Of a DNA stretch of 64,000 nucleotides, positions 48,674-59,708 are shown one piece after another. A program made the position numbers and the translations under genes. Source of the DNA: an uncultured delta proteobacterium (lineage in GTDB: Bacteria; Desulfobacterota; Binatia; UBA9968); NCBI GenBank assembly GCA_963816145.1, contig CAWFJP010000011.1, positions 384,001 through 448,000 of the forward strand, read 5' to 3'. Under the pieces are notes generated by a model. That model searched no databases. It was not told the DNA's origin and saw only the letters and a program-made list of their open reading frames with translations. Each line of letters opens with the position of its first letter. Within the stretch, counting starts at the first letter, position 1.

Positions 48674-49684
48674 TTGGCAACTCTGAGAGTCATAGATTCG
48701 GACGGACATGTCCAAGAGCGCGATGCCGACATAAGACCGCATTTGGAAGAGCCGTATTGCAAAAGACGAGGATCGCTTTTGCCGGGCGATGAGTGGGATT
48801 CCAGCATGTATGGTACCCTTGGGTTGAGGGTCAGCGATGTCGCGATGAGGCTTCGCGACATGGACAAAGAGACCATCGATACTTCAGTGCTCTTTCCGAC
48901 CAGCGCCTTTCACATGAGCCGTCTTACCGAGAAGGACTACGCGGCGGCGTATTGCCGTGCGTACAACAACTGGATCGCTGAACACTGTAAAGAAAGCCCG
49001 CGCATCAAGGGAGTGGCACTCGTTCCCTTTCAAAATGTCTCCGCCGCCCTGGAAGAAGTAAATCGTGCCGTGACTAAGCTGGGGCTGGCGGGAATTGCCA
49101 TAGCCTCTTTTGGCATGAAAGAGCATCTGGGCAAAGCGGAATTTTGGCCGATCTACGAGGAGATCCAGAGGCTGAACGTGCCGCTGCTAGTGCACAATTC
49201 CCGCCAAGGACCGGCGGGCGAGATTCGTTTCGATACTTTTCTGTTCAAGCATACCATTGGCCGCCCCGTCGAGACGCTGATTGATTGTGCAGCGCTAATG
49301 TACGGCGGCGTGCCGGAACAATTTCCCAAGCTGCGAATTGCCTTTCTCGAATGCGGCGCAGGGTGGGTGCCTTACTGGATGGATCGTATGGATGAGGAAT
49401 GGGAGAAAAGAAAATCCGAGGCGCCCCTGCTCAAGGCCAAGCCAAGCGAATACATGGCCCGCGGTAACTGGTTCTACGCCGCCGAGCCGGAAGAGGCGAC
49501 TCTACCGTTCGTGCTCGATCGAGTGGGCGAAGATGTCATTCTTTTCGCGTCAGACTATCCCCACTGGGACGGTAATTTTCCCTACATGGTCTCGACCCTT
49601 AAACAACGTAAGGATATTTCCGAAAGTGCGAAAAATAAAATTCTTAGTGCAAACGCCATGAGACTTTACGGCTGGGATCGCTAA
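48674..49684 (+). CDS. Amidohydrolase_2 family protein
   Basis: IDSDGH, YNNW, LVH, FLECGAGW, ASDYPHWD, NAMRLY; TTG start with GGAGG RBS. Confidence 0.92.
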   Translation: MATLRVIDSDGHVQERDADIRPHLEEPYCKRRGSLLPGDEWDSSMYGTLGLRVSDVAMRLRDMDKETIDTSVLFPTSAFHMSRLTEKDYAAAYCRAYNNWIAEHCKESPRIKGVALVPFQNVSAALEEVNRAVTKLGLAGIAIASFGMKEHLGKAEFWPIYEEIQRLNVPLLVHNSRQGPAGEIRFDTFLFKHTIGRPVETLIDCAALMYGGVPEQFPKLRIAFLECGAGWVPYWMDRMDEEWEKRKSEAPLLKAKPSEYMARGNWFYAAEPEEATLPFVLDRVGEDVILFASDYPHWDGNFPYMVSTLKQRKDISESAKNKILSANAMRLYGWDR

Positions 49685-49767
49685 AGTTTCGCCTAGGCGG
49701 CGGTGCGCTGAGCTGTACAACTGCAAGCGTCCATGCCGGCGCAAAAGTATGGCCGGCTCTCGGTGCG

Positions 49768-49797
49768 TTGACAGCCGACAACGGCGTTGATTATAAG
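49768..49797 (+). promoter_or_regulatory. Putative sigma70 promoter
   Basis: TTGACA-N18-TATAAG about 100 nt upstream of the deacylase gene. Confidence 0.4.
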
Positions 49798-49891
49798 CGA
49801 CCTCAGAACGAAGTTTATAGCAACTCCGAAGGATTACTCCACGCCGATCTAAGAACGACCAGAGAATTTAACGATTCCACAAGCCGAGGAG

Positions 49892-51604
49892 ATGACCATG
49901 GCTTACGATGTAGTGATCAAAGGCGGGCGAATTTACGACGGCAGCGGGTTGCCTTCCTATTTCGGCGATGTCGCGATCAACGGCGATCGGATCGTCGAAG
50001 TGGGAAGGATTAATGATAGCGCGCGGCGCGTTGTCAACGCCGAGGGCTTGGCCGTATCGCCCGGCTTTATCGATTTTCACACCCATATGGATGCCCAGCT
50101 CCTGTGGGACCCGCTGGCAACTTCCTCCTGTTTCCACGGAGTGACAACCCTGATTCCAGGCAACTGCGGTCTCTCGCTCGCCCCTTGCCGCCCACAAGAC
50201 CGCGACAATGTGATCGGCAGCTTCGTTCGGGTCGAGGCGATGCCCTCTCAAGTGCTGCGCCAAGCGGTGAAATGGGAATGGACCAGCTTCCCACAATATC
50301 TCGACCGGCTGCAGGAGAAACTCGGCGTCAATGTCGCCGCGCTCATGGGACACTGCGCCGTGCGACAATTCGTCATGGGGGAGGAATCCTCGGAGCGAGC
50401 CGCGACGCCTGATGAAATCGCTCAGATGAAATCCCTCGTCAGAGAAGGCATCAAGGCCGGCGCGATCGGTTTTTCCACCAATCAAAATCGCCGCCATATG
50501 CGCGAGGATGGCCGGCCGATACCGAGCCGCTTGGCCACCGACGAGGAGATTGTCGAGCTGGCGAGCGTGCTCGGAGAACTCAATTGCGGCTCGATGCAGA
50601 TTTCGCGCGGCACCTTGGGAACTGCGCGCCCGGTGGAGGAAGATATCGATTTCTTTCGCCGCCTCGCCTCGACCTCGGGTCGGCCGGTGATCTGGCAAAG
50701 CATCGCCCATCGGTGGAACGCCCCTGAGCTGTGGCGCAAGTTGCTCGATTTGGCACAACACTCGCTCGCGTCGGGAGCCGCTTCTTATCCGCTCACCAAC
50801 GCCCGGCTGTTCAACGGCCGCTTCACACTCAAGAACGCGCAAACCTTCGATGACCTGCCGAGTTGGAAACAGGTGATGTTTGCCCCGGTCGAGCAACGGG
50901 GAAAACTTTTCAGCGATGCTGAACGGCGCCGCAAGCTTCGTTTCGAAGCGGTGGAAGACACAAGACCCACGACGTTTTCCCGGCGCTGGGATCAGATCTT
51001 TTTAATCAAAGCCGCCCAGCCGAAAAATCACCAGCTTGAGGGCAAGAGCATCGAAGCGATCGCCCAGTCGCTGAATAAGGATGTGATCGACACGTTTCTC
51101 GATATCGCGGTGGAAGAGAACCTCGAGACCCTGTTCCAGAATTCCGGCAGTCGCGATGAGGAAGCCACCGCCGAGATTCTCCGAAGCCCAATCACTTTGG
51201 TTGGCCAGTCGGATGCCGGCGCCCATCTCATCTACCACGCTGGCTACGGCTACGCGACCCGTTTTCTCGGTTACTGGGTGCGAGAAAAAGCCGTGATGCC
51301 TTTGGAAGAAGCGATCCGCAAGCTTACGTTCATGGTTGCTTTGGTCTTCGGTCTGCACGATCGCGGCCTGATTCGCCCAGGCATGGCCGCCGATCTGGTG
51401 CTCTTCGACCCGCAGACAATCCGCGAGTGCGAGCCTGAAATGGTCAACGATTTGCCGGGCGGTGAAAAGCGTCTCATCCAGCGCGCCATCGGCGTGAAAA
51501 CGACGATGGTCAATGGCGCAATCTTAGTGCAGGACGGCGAGCACACCGGCGCGTTTCCCGGCCGCGTCTTGAAAAACTACAACAACGATCACGCATCTGT
51601 GTAG
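49892..51604 (+). CDS. N-acyl-D-amino-acid deacylase family amidohydrolase
   Basis: YDGSG, PGFIDFHTHMD, GNCG, SDAGAH, DRGLIRPGMAADLVLFDP. Confidence 0.9.
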   Translation: MTMAYDVVIKGGRIYDGSGLPSYFGDVAINGDRIVEVGRINDSARRVVNAEGLAVSPGFIDFHTHMDAQLLWDPLATSSCFHGVTTLIPGNCGLSLAPCRPQDRDNVIGSFVRVEAMPSQVLRQAVKWEWTSFPQYLDRLQEKLGVNVAALMGHCAVRQFVMGEESSERAATPDEIAQMKSLVREGIKAGAIGFSTNQNRRHMREDGRPIPSRLATDEEIVELASVLGELNCGSMQISRGTLGTARPVEEDIDFFRRLASTSGRPVIWQSIAHRWNAPELWRKLLDLAQHSLASGAASYPLTNARLFNGRFTLKNAQTFDDLPSWKQVMFAPVEQRGKLFSDAERRRKLRFEAVEDTRPTTFSRRWDQIFLIKAAQPKNHQLEGKSIEAIAQSLNKDVIDTFLDIAVEENLETLFQNSGSRDEEATAEILRSPITLVGQSDAGAHLIYHAGYGYATRFLGYWVREKAVMPLEEAIRKLTFMVALVFGLHDRGLIRPGMAADLVLFDPQTIRECEPEMVNDLPGGEKRLIQRAIGVKTTMVNGAILVQDGEHTGAFPGRVLKNYNNDHASV

Positions 51605-51606
51605 AA

Positions 51607-51807
51607 GTCGGCGGCTTCGGCACAGAGGTCGGTGTCGAAGGCACGGCGCGCAGCGCACGCAATCTTGGTTACGACGTTATCGTCTTGAAAGATTGTATCG
51701 GCGAGCGCAAGCGCGAACTGCATGAGCTGGCGCTCAAGCTGATGGAGCAGACGTTGTTCGAAGTTGCCACAGCGGCGGACATCAGCGCTATTTGGAGTCG
51801 CAAATGA
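51607..51807 (+). pseudogene. C-terminal fragment of an isochorismatase/cysteine hydrolase
   Basis: VGGFGTEVGVEGTARSARNLGYDVIVLKDC...HELALKLM then TGA; no start or N-terminal half. Confidence 0.7.
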
Positions 51808-52059
51808 GCGCCGCGGAAAAGACTTTCACTTTCGGAAAATAACAACCCCGCCGCCCGATGATGCGCGCGCTCGCCGAGCGTAAACGTAGCCCCCGATTCA
51901 CGTTAGATTTTCAGCGCCGGGCGGGTCTAAAGTTCGTCATTGCACCCAACGGACAGGCTTGCGAAGCGAAGTTTCCTGCCCATTGCGGCGAACCTTGGCG
52001 CCCTTTGCGCGAGATAGCAGCCTGGCCGCGATGCTTTTCGTACCAACTAATTTTACCGG

Positions 52060-52893
52060 CTAACCTTTAGCCGCGATAAATCCGCTGACGATATCGATGA
52101 AACGCATCGTTTCCGGCTCACTCGGCGACGGCACCATGCGATGCTCCGGCAGGCCGGCGAACGTATCCACTTCGATCGGGCCACCGCGTTTACGATAGGA
52201 TGCGATAAAGCGTTCCTGCATTTCCAGCGGATGATTCTTGTCGTCTTTTTTGAGCAAGAACAAAATCGGTGGCAGTTCGATCTGCGCGTCATGCTCGATA
52301 ATCGTCTGTGGGCTACCTTCGGCCATCGCTTCTTCGGTGCCCCAGTAATCGATATGGGCTTGAATATGTTGTTGGTTGTCGATCCGTTTGGCGTACTTGA
52401 AGCGATAGAGCGGACAAATCACCGGCCAGGCGGCGACGACATAGGCGACGCTGGCGTCGATGGCAGAATGATTTGCCAGCGGCAGCGTCGAATAAGCGGC
52501 GTGGCGCGGCCGCAGCGCGCTCAGCACCACTTGATGGCCGCCGCTGGAATTGCCGAATGCGCCGACAGTGGCGGTGCCATTGAACTCCGCGGCATGCGCC
52601 TTGAGCCAGCGAATAGCCAAGTTGACATCGCAGATTGACGCCGGATAACCCGCCTCCGGCGGCTGGCGGAAATCGATCGCCGCCACGAGGATGCCCTTGG
52701 CCGCCAGTGCGCGATCGACACCGGCGTTGTTCAGCCGATCGCCGTTGTGCCACGCGCCGCCGTGCACGTCGACGATGGTCGGAAACGGGCCGGCCCCCTT
52801 GGGTCGATAGATACGCGCGAGCCAAGGCTTGCCTGCCAGTCGTTGATACTCGACATCCTGCTCCGCGACTTCGTATTCGTTGTGGTTGGCCAT
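52060..52893 (-). CDS. Alpha/beta hydrolase (HSL-like esterase)
   Basis: HGGAW oxyanion motif, GNSSGG nucleophile elbow. Confidence 0.9.
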   Translation of the reverse strand: MANHNEYEVAEQDVEYQRLAGKPWLARIYRPKGAGPFPTIVDVHGGAWHNGDRLNNAGVDRALAAKGILVAAIDFRQPPEAGYPASICDVNLAIRWLKAHAAEFNGTATVGAFGNSSGGHQVVLSALRPRHAAYSTLPLANHSAIDASVAYVVAAWPVICPLYRFKYAKRIDNQQHIQAHIDYWGTEEAMAEGSPQTIIEHDAQIELPPILFLLKKDDKNHPLEMQERFIASYRKRGGPIEVDTFAGLPEHRMVPSPSEPETMRFIDIVSGFIAAKG

Positions 52894-53169
52894 GGCGGGA
52901 ATCTACCGCCGTGCAGAGTCAATGTGCAAGTCCCGCAAACGACCGCCCCTTAGAAATTGCACAACCACTTTAGTTGCCATCGGCGCATTTCACCTCCACC
53001 CCTCGCGACAAATTCGATCGCAATGTTTTTTAACCCGCTACCTGCGTTGGCTTGACAATCGGCGAGGTATTTTCGTTCAAGCTACCAGCGAGCTTCATTG
53101 CGCCATGCTATAGTAATTTGCAGGAGCAGACGCGAAAGCGACAAAATTGAAGGATAAAAACCTTCCGAA

Positions 53170-54734
53170 TATGAATATCAAAGAATTAGTCTTGACGCCG
53201 GCCGAAGCCTTCGACGAAGCCCTGTTCATTCCGACGTTGTATAAAAAACTTGCCCTGCCGAGTAATGGTAGTCGGGTCGTCGTGCCGCTCAAGCGCTCGG
53301 TGGATGCGCGCGGTCGTAACATAGTCGTCCGACTGCAATACGACATCGTCGAACGCACCAGCTTGCGGCCGCGGCGCACCAAGGACTACCCTTCGGTACA
53401 TGGCAAAGAGCCGGTCGTCATCATCGGTTCCGGTCCCGCCGGAATGTTTGCCGCACTCCGCTTGATCGAACTGGGCTATAAACCGATCGTGCTCGAGCGC
53501 GGCAAGGACGTGCAAGCACGCCGCTACGATCTCGCCGCCATCAACAGAGCACATATCGTCAATCCGGACTCGAATTATTGCTTCGGCGAAGGCGGCGCGG
53601 GCACTTATTCCGACGGCAAATTATATACCCGCTCCAAGAAACGCGGCGATGTCCAGCGCATCCTGGAAATCCTGGTCGCGCACGGCGCCAAGGATGACAT
53701 CCTCTTCGACGCCCACCCGCATATCGGCACCAACAAGCTGCCCAAGCTCGTCGCCGAACTGCGCGAAGAGCATCAAACAGGCAGGCGGAGAAATTTATTT
53801 CCAAACCCGCGTGACCGATTTTTTGCTCGCCGGAAACGAACTAAAAGGCGTGCGCACGCAGCAGAGCGATGTCATCGAAGGCCGAGCGACGATTTTGGCC
53901 ACCGGCCACTCCGCCCGGGATATTTTTCATTTACTGAACGACAGAAAAATCCTGATCGAACCCAAACCCTTTGCCTTGGGTGTGCGGGTCGAGCATCGGC
54001 AGCGGCTGATCGATAGCATTCAATACCATTGCCAGGGAGACCGAGGGCCGTATCTGCCCGCCGCCGCTTACGCCCTGGTGCATCAGGCCAAAATCAATGG
54101 CAAGGACAAAGGGGTGTTCTCGTTTTGCATGTGCCCCGGCGGCTTTATCGTCCCCGCTGCGACTGCGCCCGGCGAGTTGGTCGTCAACGGCATGAGCCCT
54201 TCGCAAAGAAACGCCCGCTTCGCCAACTCCGGTATAGTGGTCGCGGTGGATGAAAACGATTACCGGCATCTGCACCGCTTCGGTCCACTCGCCGCCATGC
54301 AGTTTCAGGCGGAAGTCGAACAAAAAGCCTGGGCCATCGCCGGCAAGACCCAGACAGCTCCGGCCCAGCGGCTGAGCGATTTCGTCGCTGGACGAGAGTC
54401 GTCGAGTTTGCTCGCGACTTCGTACCATCCCGGCCTAACCGCAGTCGATATGCGCGCCTTCCTCCCCGAGTTTATCGCTGATGCACTCCGTCAGGGCTTC
54501 AAAAGCTTCGGACAAAAAATGCCGGGATATCTTACCAATGACGCCCAGATCATCGGCGTCGAAAGCCGAACCTCTTCGCCGGTGCGCGTCCCGCGCGATA
54601 AGACCACCTTGCGGCACCCGCAGATCGTTAATTTGTTTCCCTGCGGCGAAGGCGCCGGTTATGCCGGCGGTATCGTCTCGGCAGCCATGGACGGCGAGCG
54701 CTGTGCCGAAGCCGCTGTGCGGATGTTGCAGTAA
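53170..54734 (+). CDS. FAD-dependent oxidoreductase (COG2509-like); one extra base near 53766
   Basis: IGSGPAG, FGEGGAGTYSDGKL, HIGT; then LATGHSARD, FCMCPGG, ESRTSSPVR, GEGAGYAGGIVSAA in the +1 frame. Confidence 0.88.
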
Positions 54735-54761
54735 ACTGGCTGTGGTTTCACTCTAATCTAT

Positions 54762-54792
54762 CGGCTTTCCTGCTGAAGTGAGCAGGAAAGCC
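54762..54792. terminator. Stem-loop after the oxidoreductase gene, possible terminator
   Basis: ggctttcctgct-gaagtg-agcaggaaagcc, 12-bp perfect stem; no U tract. Confidence 0.55.
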
Positions 54793-55011
54793 CTCATCCG
54801 AAACCCACTTGACTGAAAGAACGTCAGAAGTAGGATACGCCGCATCCGGCAGGGCTGATATCGCGCTGCTCGTTACGACCGACGGTGATGAAGCGCATCC
54901 AGCGATCTATCAGTAACGCGTGCTGAAAATCCTGCTCGGCGAAAAATTAATATGATCTGATCCGCGTGTCGCAATTTATCGAACTGGCCCAAACGCGAAA
55001 GGATCCGTTTT

Positions 55012-55995
55012 ATGAATTACCAAAAGAACATGTGGAGTATTTTTCTTGGCTTAGGGCTTGCGCTCTGCGCCGCGCGTTCCAGCGCCGCGGCTGAAACTGT
55101 CCGGGTCGCCTATCCGTCGCTCAACACCTCGGTTTTCTGCATCATCATCGCCGACAAAGAAGGTTATCTCAAAGAAGAAGGTATCGACGTGCAGCTCCTG
55201 AGCATTCGCGGCGAGATCGCAATCCGGACCGCGCTCGCGGGCGAGATCGACTACTTCACGAATGCCGGCAGCGCGCTCGCCGCCGCGGTGAGAAACGTGC
55301 CGGTGAAAATTTTGACCGTGTTTCAGGACCGGCCGGCCTGGGATCTCATCGCCCAGCCAAACATCAAGTCGATCGAACAGCTGCGCGGGACCAATATTGC
55401 CATCATGTCTCCCGAAGGTTCCCTCGCGGTGGTGGCAAGAGATATTCTCAGGAAACATGGCTTGGACCCGGCCAAAGATGTGAATCTGATCGTCATGGGA
55501 AACGACGCGGTGCGCTTTCCCGCCTTGCAATCTAAATCCATCGACGCGACTCTATTTAACACCTCCATGAGCATCGCAGCGCAAAAGGAAGGCTTTGCCA
55601 AGCTGGCGAATGCCGGTGACTACGCGACGCTGATTCAAGGCGGCATCGCCGCGGCGACGACAAAGGTCAATGAAAACCCGCAAAAGCACGCCCGCTTCAT
55701 CCGCGCCAGCCTGAAAGGACTGCACTTTTTCTTGGATAAGCGGGAGCCCGCAATCAAATACATGATGGACGCGCTCAAAATGAAGGATCGCGCGCTTGCC
55801 AACGAAATTTACGATGTGGAGTCCAAACTCTTGCTCCGCGACGGTTATAGTGACGAGAAAGTTCTCCGCGGCATGATCGACGCGATGAAAAAGACCACCA
55901 AAGTGAAACGTGACATCAAAGTAACCGACATTTTCGAATTGGGCTTCGTCAAGAAAGCGGCGGCGGAGCTCAACGCGAGCGGCTGGAAGCCATAG
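55012..55995 (+). CDS. SsuA/NMT1-like ABC substrate-binding protein
   Basis: Signal peptide, KEGYLKEEGIDV, ALAGEIDY, SIEQLRG. Confidence 0.88.
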   Translation: MNYQKNMWSIFLGLGLALCAARSSAAAETVRVAYPSLNTSVFCIIIADKEGYLKEEGIDVQLLSIRGEIAIRTALAGEIDYFTNAGSALAAAVRNVPVKILTVFQDRPAWDLIAQPNIKSIEQLRGTNIAIMSPEGSLAVVARDILRKHGLDPAKDVNLIVMGNDAVRFPALQSKSIDATLFNTSMSIAAQKEGFAKLANAGDYATLIQGGIAAATTKVNENPQKHARFIRASLKGLHFFLDKREPAIKYMMDALKMKDRALANEIYDVESKLLLRDGYSDEKVLRGMIDAMKKTTKVKRDIKVTDIFELGFVKKAAAELNASGWKP

Positions 55996-56216
55996 CCCGT
56001 AATTCGAGATCTCGGCGTTAGGATTTCTAACTGTGGCTTTACCCGCCCCGTTAGCGTGACTGCCGCAGTGCGAAAATGACAAGGCCGCCGGACTGGCGCT
56101 TGGGAATTACGTTGTCCGACTGGAACAGACGGAGCTTTTCCGCGAGGCGGGGCCGTAGACACTAGGCTGCGATCATGCCACATGGCCGGCGATGTCCCTA
56201 GGGCGAAATACGACCT

Positions 56217-57002
56217 ATGAGTAAAACCATTCATTGGTTGACTCTGTTTGCCGTTGTTCTCAGTGTCGTCGTTGGCCTGTACCTGTGGCGAGCGAGCGAG
56301 ACGCCGGCACCGCAGTTAACGCAGCCGCCAACGGCTTCTCCGCCGAAGGAACCGGCGATCCGCTATCCGATCGAGGCGGCCGGGCCAGCGCAGGAGACCG
56401 ACGAGCCGTTACCGGCGCTGGCTGACAGCGACAAGGCTATGCAGGACGCGTTGGCGAAACTGTTCGGCCGGAATTTGGAAAAGTTTTTCAATCTGCAAGG
56501 GATCATTCATCGCCTGGTGGCCACGGTCGACAATTTGCCGCTAGGACATTTGCCAGCGCAGCTACTGCCGGTGAAATCTGTGCCGGGCTGGTTAGTCACG
56601 ACGGCCAAGGACGGCGAGCTCAGCATAAGCCCGAAGAACGCGGCGCGCTACCAGCCTTATGTACGATTTGCGAAGTCGGTGCCGATCGCGCCGCTGGTGG
56701 CGGTATACATAAGGTTTTACCCGCTGTTCCAGGAGCAGTACGAGAAGCTGGGCTACCCCGACAAGTACTTTAACGACCGACTGGTCCAGGTAATCGACCA
56801 TCTGCTGGCGACACCCGAAGTGAAAGGCCCCGTGCTGCTGACCCAGACCACCGTACTTTATCAGTTCACCGATCCAGAACTGGAGAAGTTATCGGCGGGG
56901 CAGAAAATTCTCGTGCGTATGGGCGGCGAGAACGCTGCCTTAGTAAAGACAAAACTCACAGAGATTCGAAGCGCCTTAGTGGCAAACCCGCCCAAGGGAT
57001 GA
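56217..57002 (+). CDS. DUF3014-like membrane-anchored protein
   Basis: TM segment, Pro-rich linker, LPALADSD, VATVDNL, ELGYP-like KLGYPDKYFNDRL, QKILVRMG. Confidence 0.8.
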   Translation: MSKTIHWLTLFAVVLSVVVGLYLWRASETPAPQLTQPPTASPPKEPAIRYPIEAAGPAQETDEPLPALADSDKAMQDALAKLFGRNLEKFFNLQGIIHRLVATVDNLPLGHLPAQLLPVKSVPGWLVTTAKDGELSISPKNAARYQPYVRFAKSVPIAPLVAVYIRFYPLFQEQYEKLGYPDKYFNDRLVQVIDHLLATPEVKGPVLLTQTTVLYQFTDPELEKLSAGQKILVRMGGENAALVKTKLTEIRSALVANPPKG

Positions 57003-57365
57003 TCGCAACTCGCAACTACATAAGCGGTGCGCATGTTGCAATGACTTGTCTAAAATTTGCAGCGCGCCCTTTAAACACCCGCGCTTAATCGACAGATAAA
57101 ACTATTCCAACACACCATTTTGACCTCGTTTAGCGCGCCCGCCAAAATTTAAATCGTCAAGGAAACATTTACCGCGTAAAAATTACCCGCAAAAAGTCCT
57201 CGTCGAGTAACCCTACACACTTCAACTTACCCATTTTAGGCGGATACTTAGAAGTCGATTCCGTCCAACGCAGGTATTTTCATACAGATCAGTTATGGCC
57301 CAATGGCTGAGCGGTCAATCAAAAGGCGCCTAAATTTGGCGTACTTAGGTAGGACTTACGCCAAG

Positions 57366-57380
57366 TGGTACGGCCCTTGC
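57366..57380 (+). promoter_or_regulatory. Sigma54 (-24/-12) promoter candidate
   Basis: TGGTACG-GCCC-TTGC with exact GG-N10-GC spacing; ttggcgta...tacgccaa inverted repeat immediately upstream. Confidence 0.6.
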
Positions 57381-57622
57381 GGTATCTCTCGATAGAAAGC
57401 GAAACCACAAAACACCAATTCGGAGGGTGGCAAGCTTGAATAGCGAATCATAGTTAAGACACTTTCCCGCCGCGTTCTCAGCGGAGTTCATGGCATAGCG
57501 ATCGAGGAGCAATCGGCGATGACTGAAAAAATCGTCGCGTTGGAAAAGTGCGCCTACTGCTCTTGTAAGTGTGTCGGCGCTATCGAGCGCTAAATCAAAA
57601 TCAATCGGTGATGGAGGACAAA

Positions 57623-57817
57623 ATGAACCGACAACTAACATCGGAAACCACTCTCGGCGATCTGATCTACGCATTGACCGAAGAGGTGCGGCGCGACATC
57701 TGCGACGAAAAGCAGGTTTATGAGATCGTTGCCGATTTGCTCGCGGGCATGACCACATCGCACGGCAAGATCAACTATTCCGACAGTCCAATGGAACTGG
57801 CGCGACTGGCATCTTAG
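57623..57817 (+). CDS. Small hypothetical protein
   Basis: GGAGG RBS, MNRQLTSETTLGDLIYALTEEV..., 64 aa. Confidence 0.65.
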   Translation: MNRQLTSETTLGDLIYALTEEVRRDICDEKQVYEIVADLLAGMTTSHGKINYSDSPMELARLAS

Positions 57818-57875
57818 CCGGCTGACAGCATGAGCACCGGCATGCATCGGCAAGAACAGATCGGAGGAAAAACAA

Positions 57876-58247
57876 ATGAAAACATTTTTAACCAAGACCA
57901 TAATCACGACGCTAGTCTTGCTGTCGTTCACGACGCTCCCAGCAAGCGCGCTGAACGCGGAAGAGAATTGGCAGGCTCTCGACGGTTTTACGCCGGTGCC
58001 GAGCAAAATGATCCGATTCAGCGAAGACTATGTCGTGATCCCATACGTCAATCGCGAACAATCGTTGATGGCGGCAGTATTTTTCGCCGCCACCTGCGAT
58101 ATCGCGAGCTGTGAGCTGGAGCGGCGCGCCGGCTACGCGATCTCCAATGCCGAGGGCTCCGACGTAAAACTGTACATCGATCCGCGCGACCGCGCGCTGA
58201 TCGCCCTGGTGCATCAATTTAGCTTGACCAGACTCGATCGCGACTAA
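57876..58247 (+). CDS. Secreted hypothetical protein
   Basis: GGAGG RBS, Sec signal ending ASA, CxxxxC pair. Confidence 0.7.
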   Translation: MKTFLTKTIITTLVLLSFTTLPASALNAEENWQALDGFTPVPSKMIRFSEDYVVIPYVNREQSLMAAVFFAATCDIASCELERRAGYAISNAEGSDVKLYIDPRDRALIALVHQFSLTRLDRD

Positions 58248-58269
58248 CTTCAAGAGAAAGGATGATTTT

Positions 58270-58623
58270 ATGAAGAACCCTCGAACGGCTCCGAAAAAGA
58301 CGGCCTTTCTACTCACGGCAACCCTGCTGTTCGGCGGCTGCGCCAGCGGCTCTCTGACCACTAGAGAAAAAGGCGCCGGCATCGGCGCGCTGGGTGGCGC
58401 CGCTGTCGGCGGCATCATCGGGTCGGCGGTCGGACATCCAGCCGCCGGTGCCGCCATTGGCGGCGGCCTCGGCTTAGGCACCGGCGCCTTGATCGGCGAT
58501 CAAATCCAGGGCCAGGATAACCAGAACTCCCGACAAGACAGCGAGATTCGTAACAACCAGGCAGAGATCGATCGGCAGCGTTACGAGTTGGAAAGGCTGC
58601 GGCGCGAGCGCGGCGAGTATTAG
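58270..58623 (+). CDS. Glycine-zipper lipoprotein
   Basis: Lipobox-like FGGC, GAGIGALGGAAVGGIIG...GAAIGGGLG, coiled-coil tail. Confidence 0.85.
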   Translation: MKNPRTAPKKTAFLLTATLLFGGCASGSLTTREKGAGIGALGGAAVGGIIGSAVGHPAAGAAIGGGLGLGTGALIGDQIQGQDNQNSRQDSEIRNNQAEIDRQRYELERLRRERGEY

Positions 58624-59112
58624 TCGGTAGTTTCGTCGCGGACCGGTGTTTGGGCACCAAACCAGACCGAGGTTTGGCGTCCAGCAGTCATTTAACTGAT
58701 ATCCAACGTTTCGGCCTTCATGACATCGGGCAATCTAGTCAAATTCCGCCTCAGCCCGATTCGACGCGGCGGGAGGATTTATGCGAACCATTTCAGACAG
58801 CCTTGTGTTATCTTTTTTGCTATTGCGCGCATCAAAGGGCGCTGTGGCGGAGCGCGTCGCCGATAGCGTCTTGTTCGCCCTGTTTGTCCTCAGTGTCTTG
58901 TTCCGTGGTTCGGCGCGGCTGGACAATGCGAACTAGCAACCGCTTCTCGACAGGATATGGCAATCACTCGGTGAAATATCGAGTATTGGCGGCTCGGCTG
59001 GGATGTTTTGCTGTGGAGAATCTCGCAGATGAGGGTTAGCGCTGGAGTGCTTGCCACTACTCAGACTCGCTACCGTCACTGCAAAAATTTAATTTCGCTG
59101 ACATAGCGACCG

Positions 59113-59436
59113 CTATTTAACTTCAAGACTGTTGACGACGCTCTGCACGCCGCGCACTTCCCAGGCGAGCTTGATCGCTTGCTGGCGCGCATCGAGAGAA
59201 TGCACGAGCCCGCTCAGGTAGACGGTCCCGTTGTTTGACACCACCTTGATGCCGGATAGATCCACTTTCTTATCCGCGAGCAGCCGATCCATCACGGATT
59301 TTGACAGCGCCTGATCTTGCGCCGTTTCCACAGCCGGAATTGCCACCGTGGTTTCGGGCTGCGTGGTTTGGCAACCGAACCCAAACGGCAGCATTGATAA
59401 AGCAGCGAAGAGAACAATTTGCTTAGTAAATCGCAT
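59113..59436 (-). CDS. BON domain lipoprotein
   Basis: FGC lipobox-like motif; IKVVSNNGTVYLSGLV...VRGVQSVVNSL. Confidence 0.88.
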   Translation of the reverse strand: MRFTKQIVLFAALSMLPFGFGCQTTQPETTVAIPAVETAQDQALSKSVMDRLLADKKVDLSGIKVVSNNGTVYLSGLVHSLDARQQAIKLAWEVRGVQSVVNSLEVK

Positions 59437-59708
59437 TCCCAACCCCCTAGCACAAATGGCAATTTCATACTAGGAACAGAAACCGCCGCCGACCAAAGAA
59501 CGTTTGGCCTGCCAACGCGCAGCCCGCGCGACAGATCACCCGACAACACCGCCCAAGCAGCCATGGATCTAGAGCGCTGTGCCGCAGCGGTTCACGTCTG
59601 TTGCAATAAGCTGCCAGCAAATTAGTCTGGACCCAATAGGCGTCTCTGCGGAAGAGGAAGCTTATCCGCAGGGAACGAAAATTAGGCGAGACCTCGCGGA
59701 GGTAAATC

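Noticed and set aside
57296-57330. tRNA-like 5' sequence (ggcccaatggctgagcggtc)
   Set aside because: No T-arm (GTTCGA) or acceptor-stem complement follows
58650-59039. ORFs between the glycine-zipper and BON genes
   Set aside because: No RBS or recognisable motif, and conflicting ORFs on both strands
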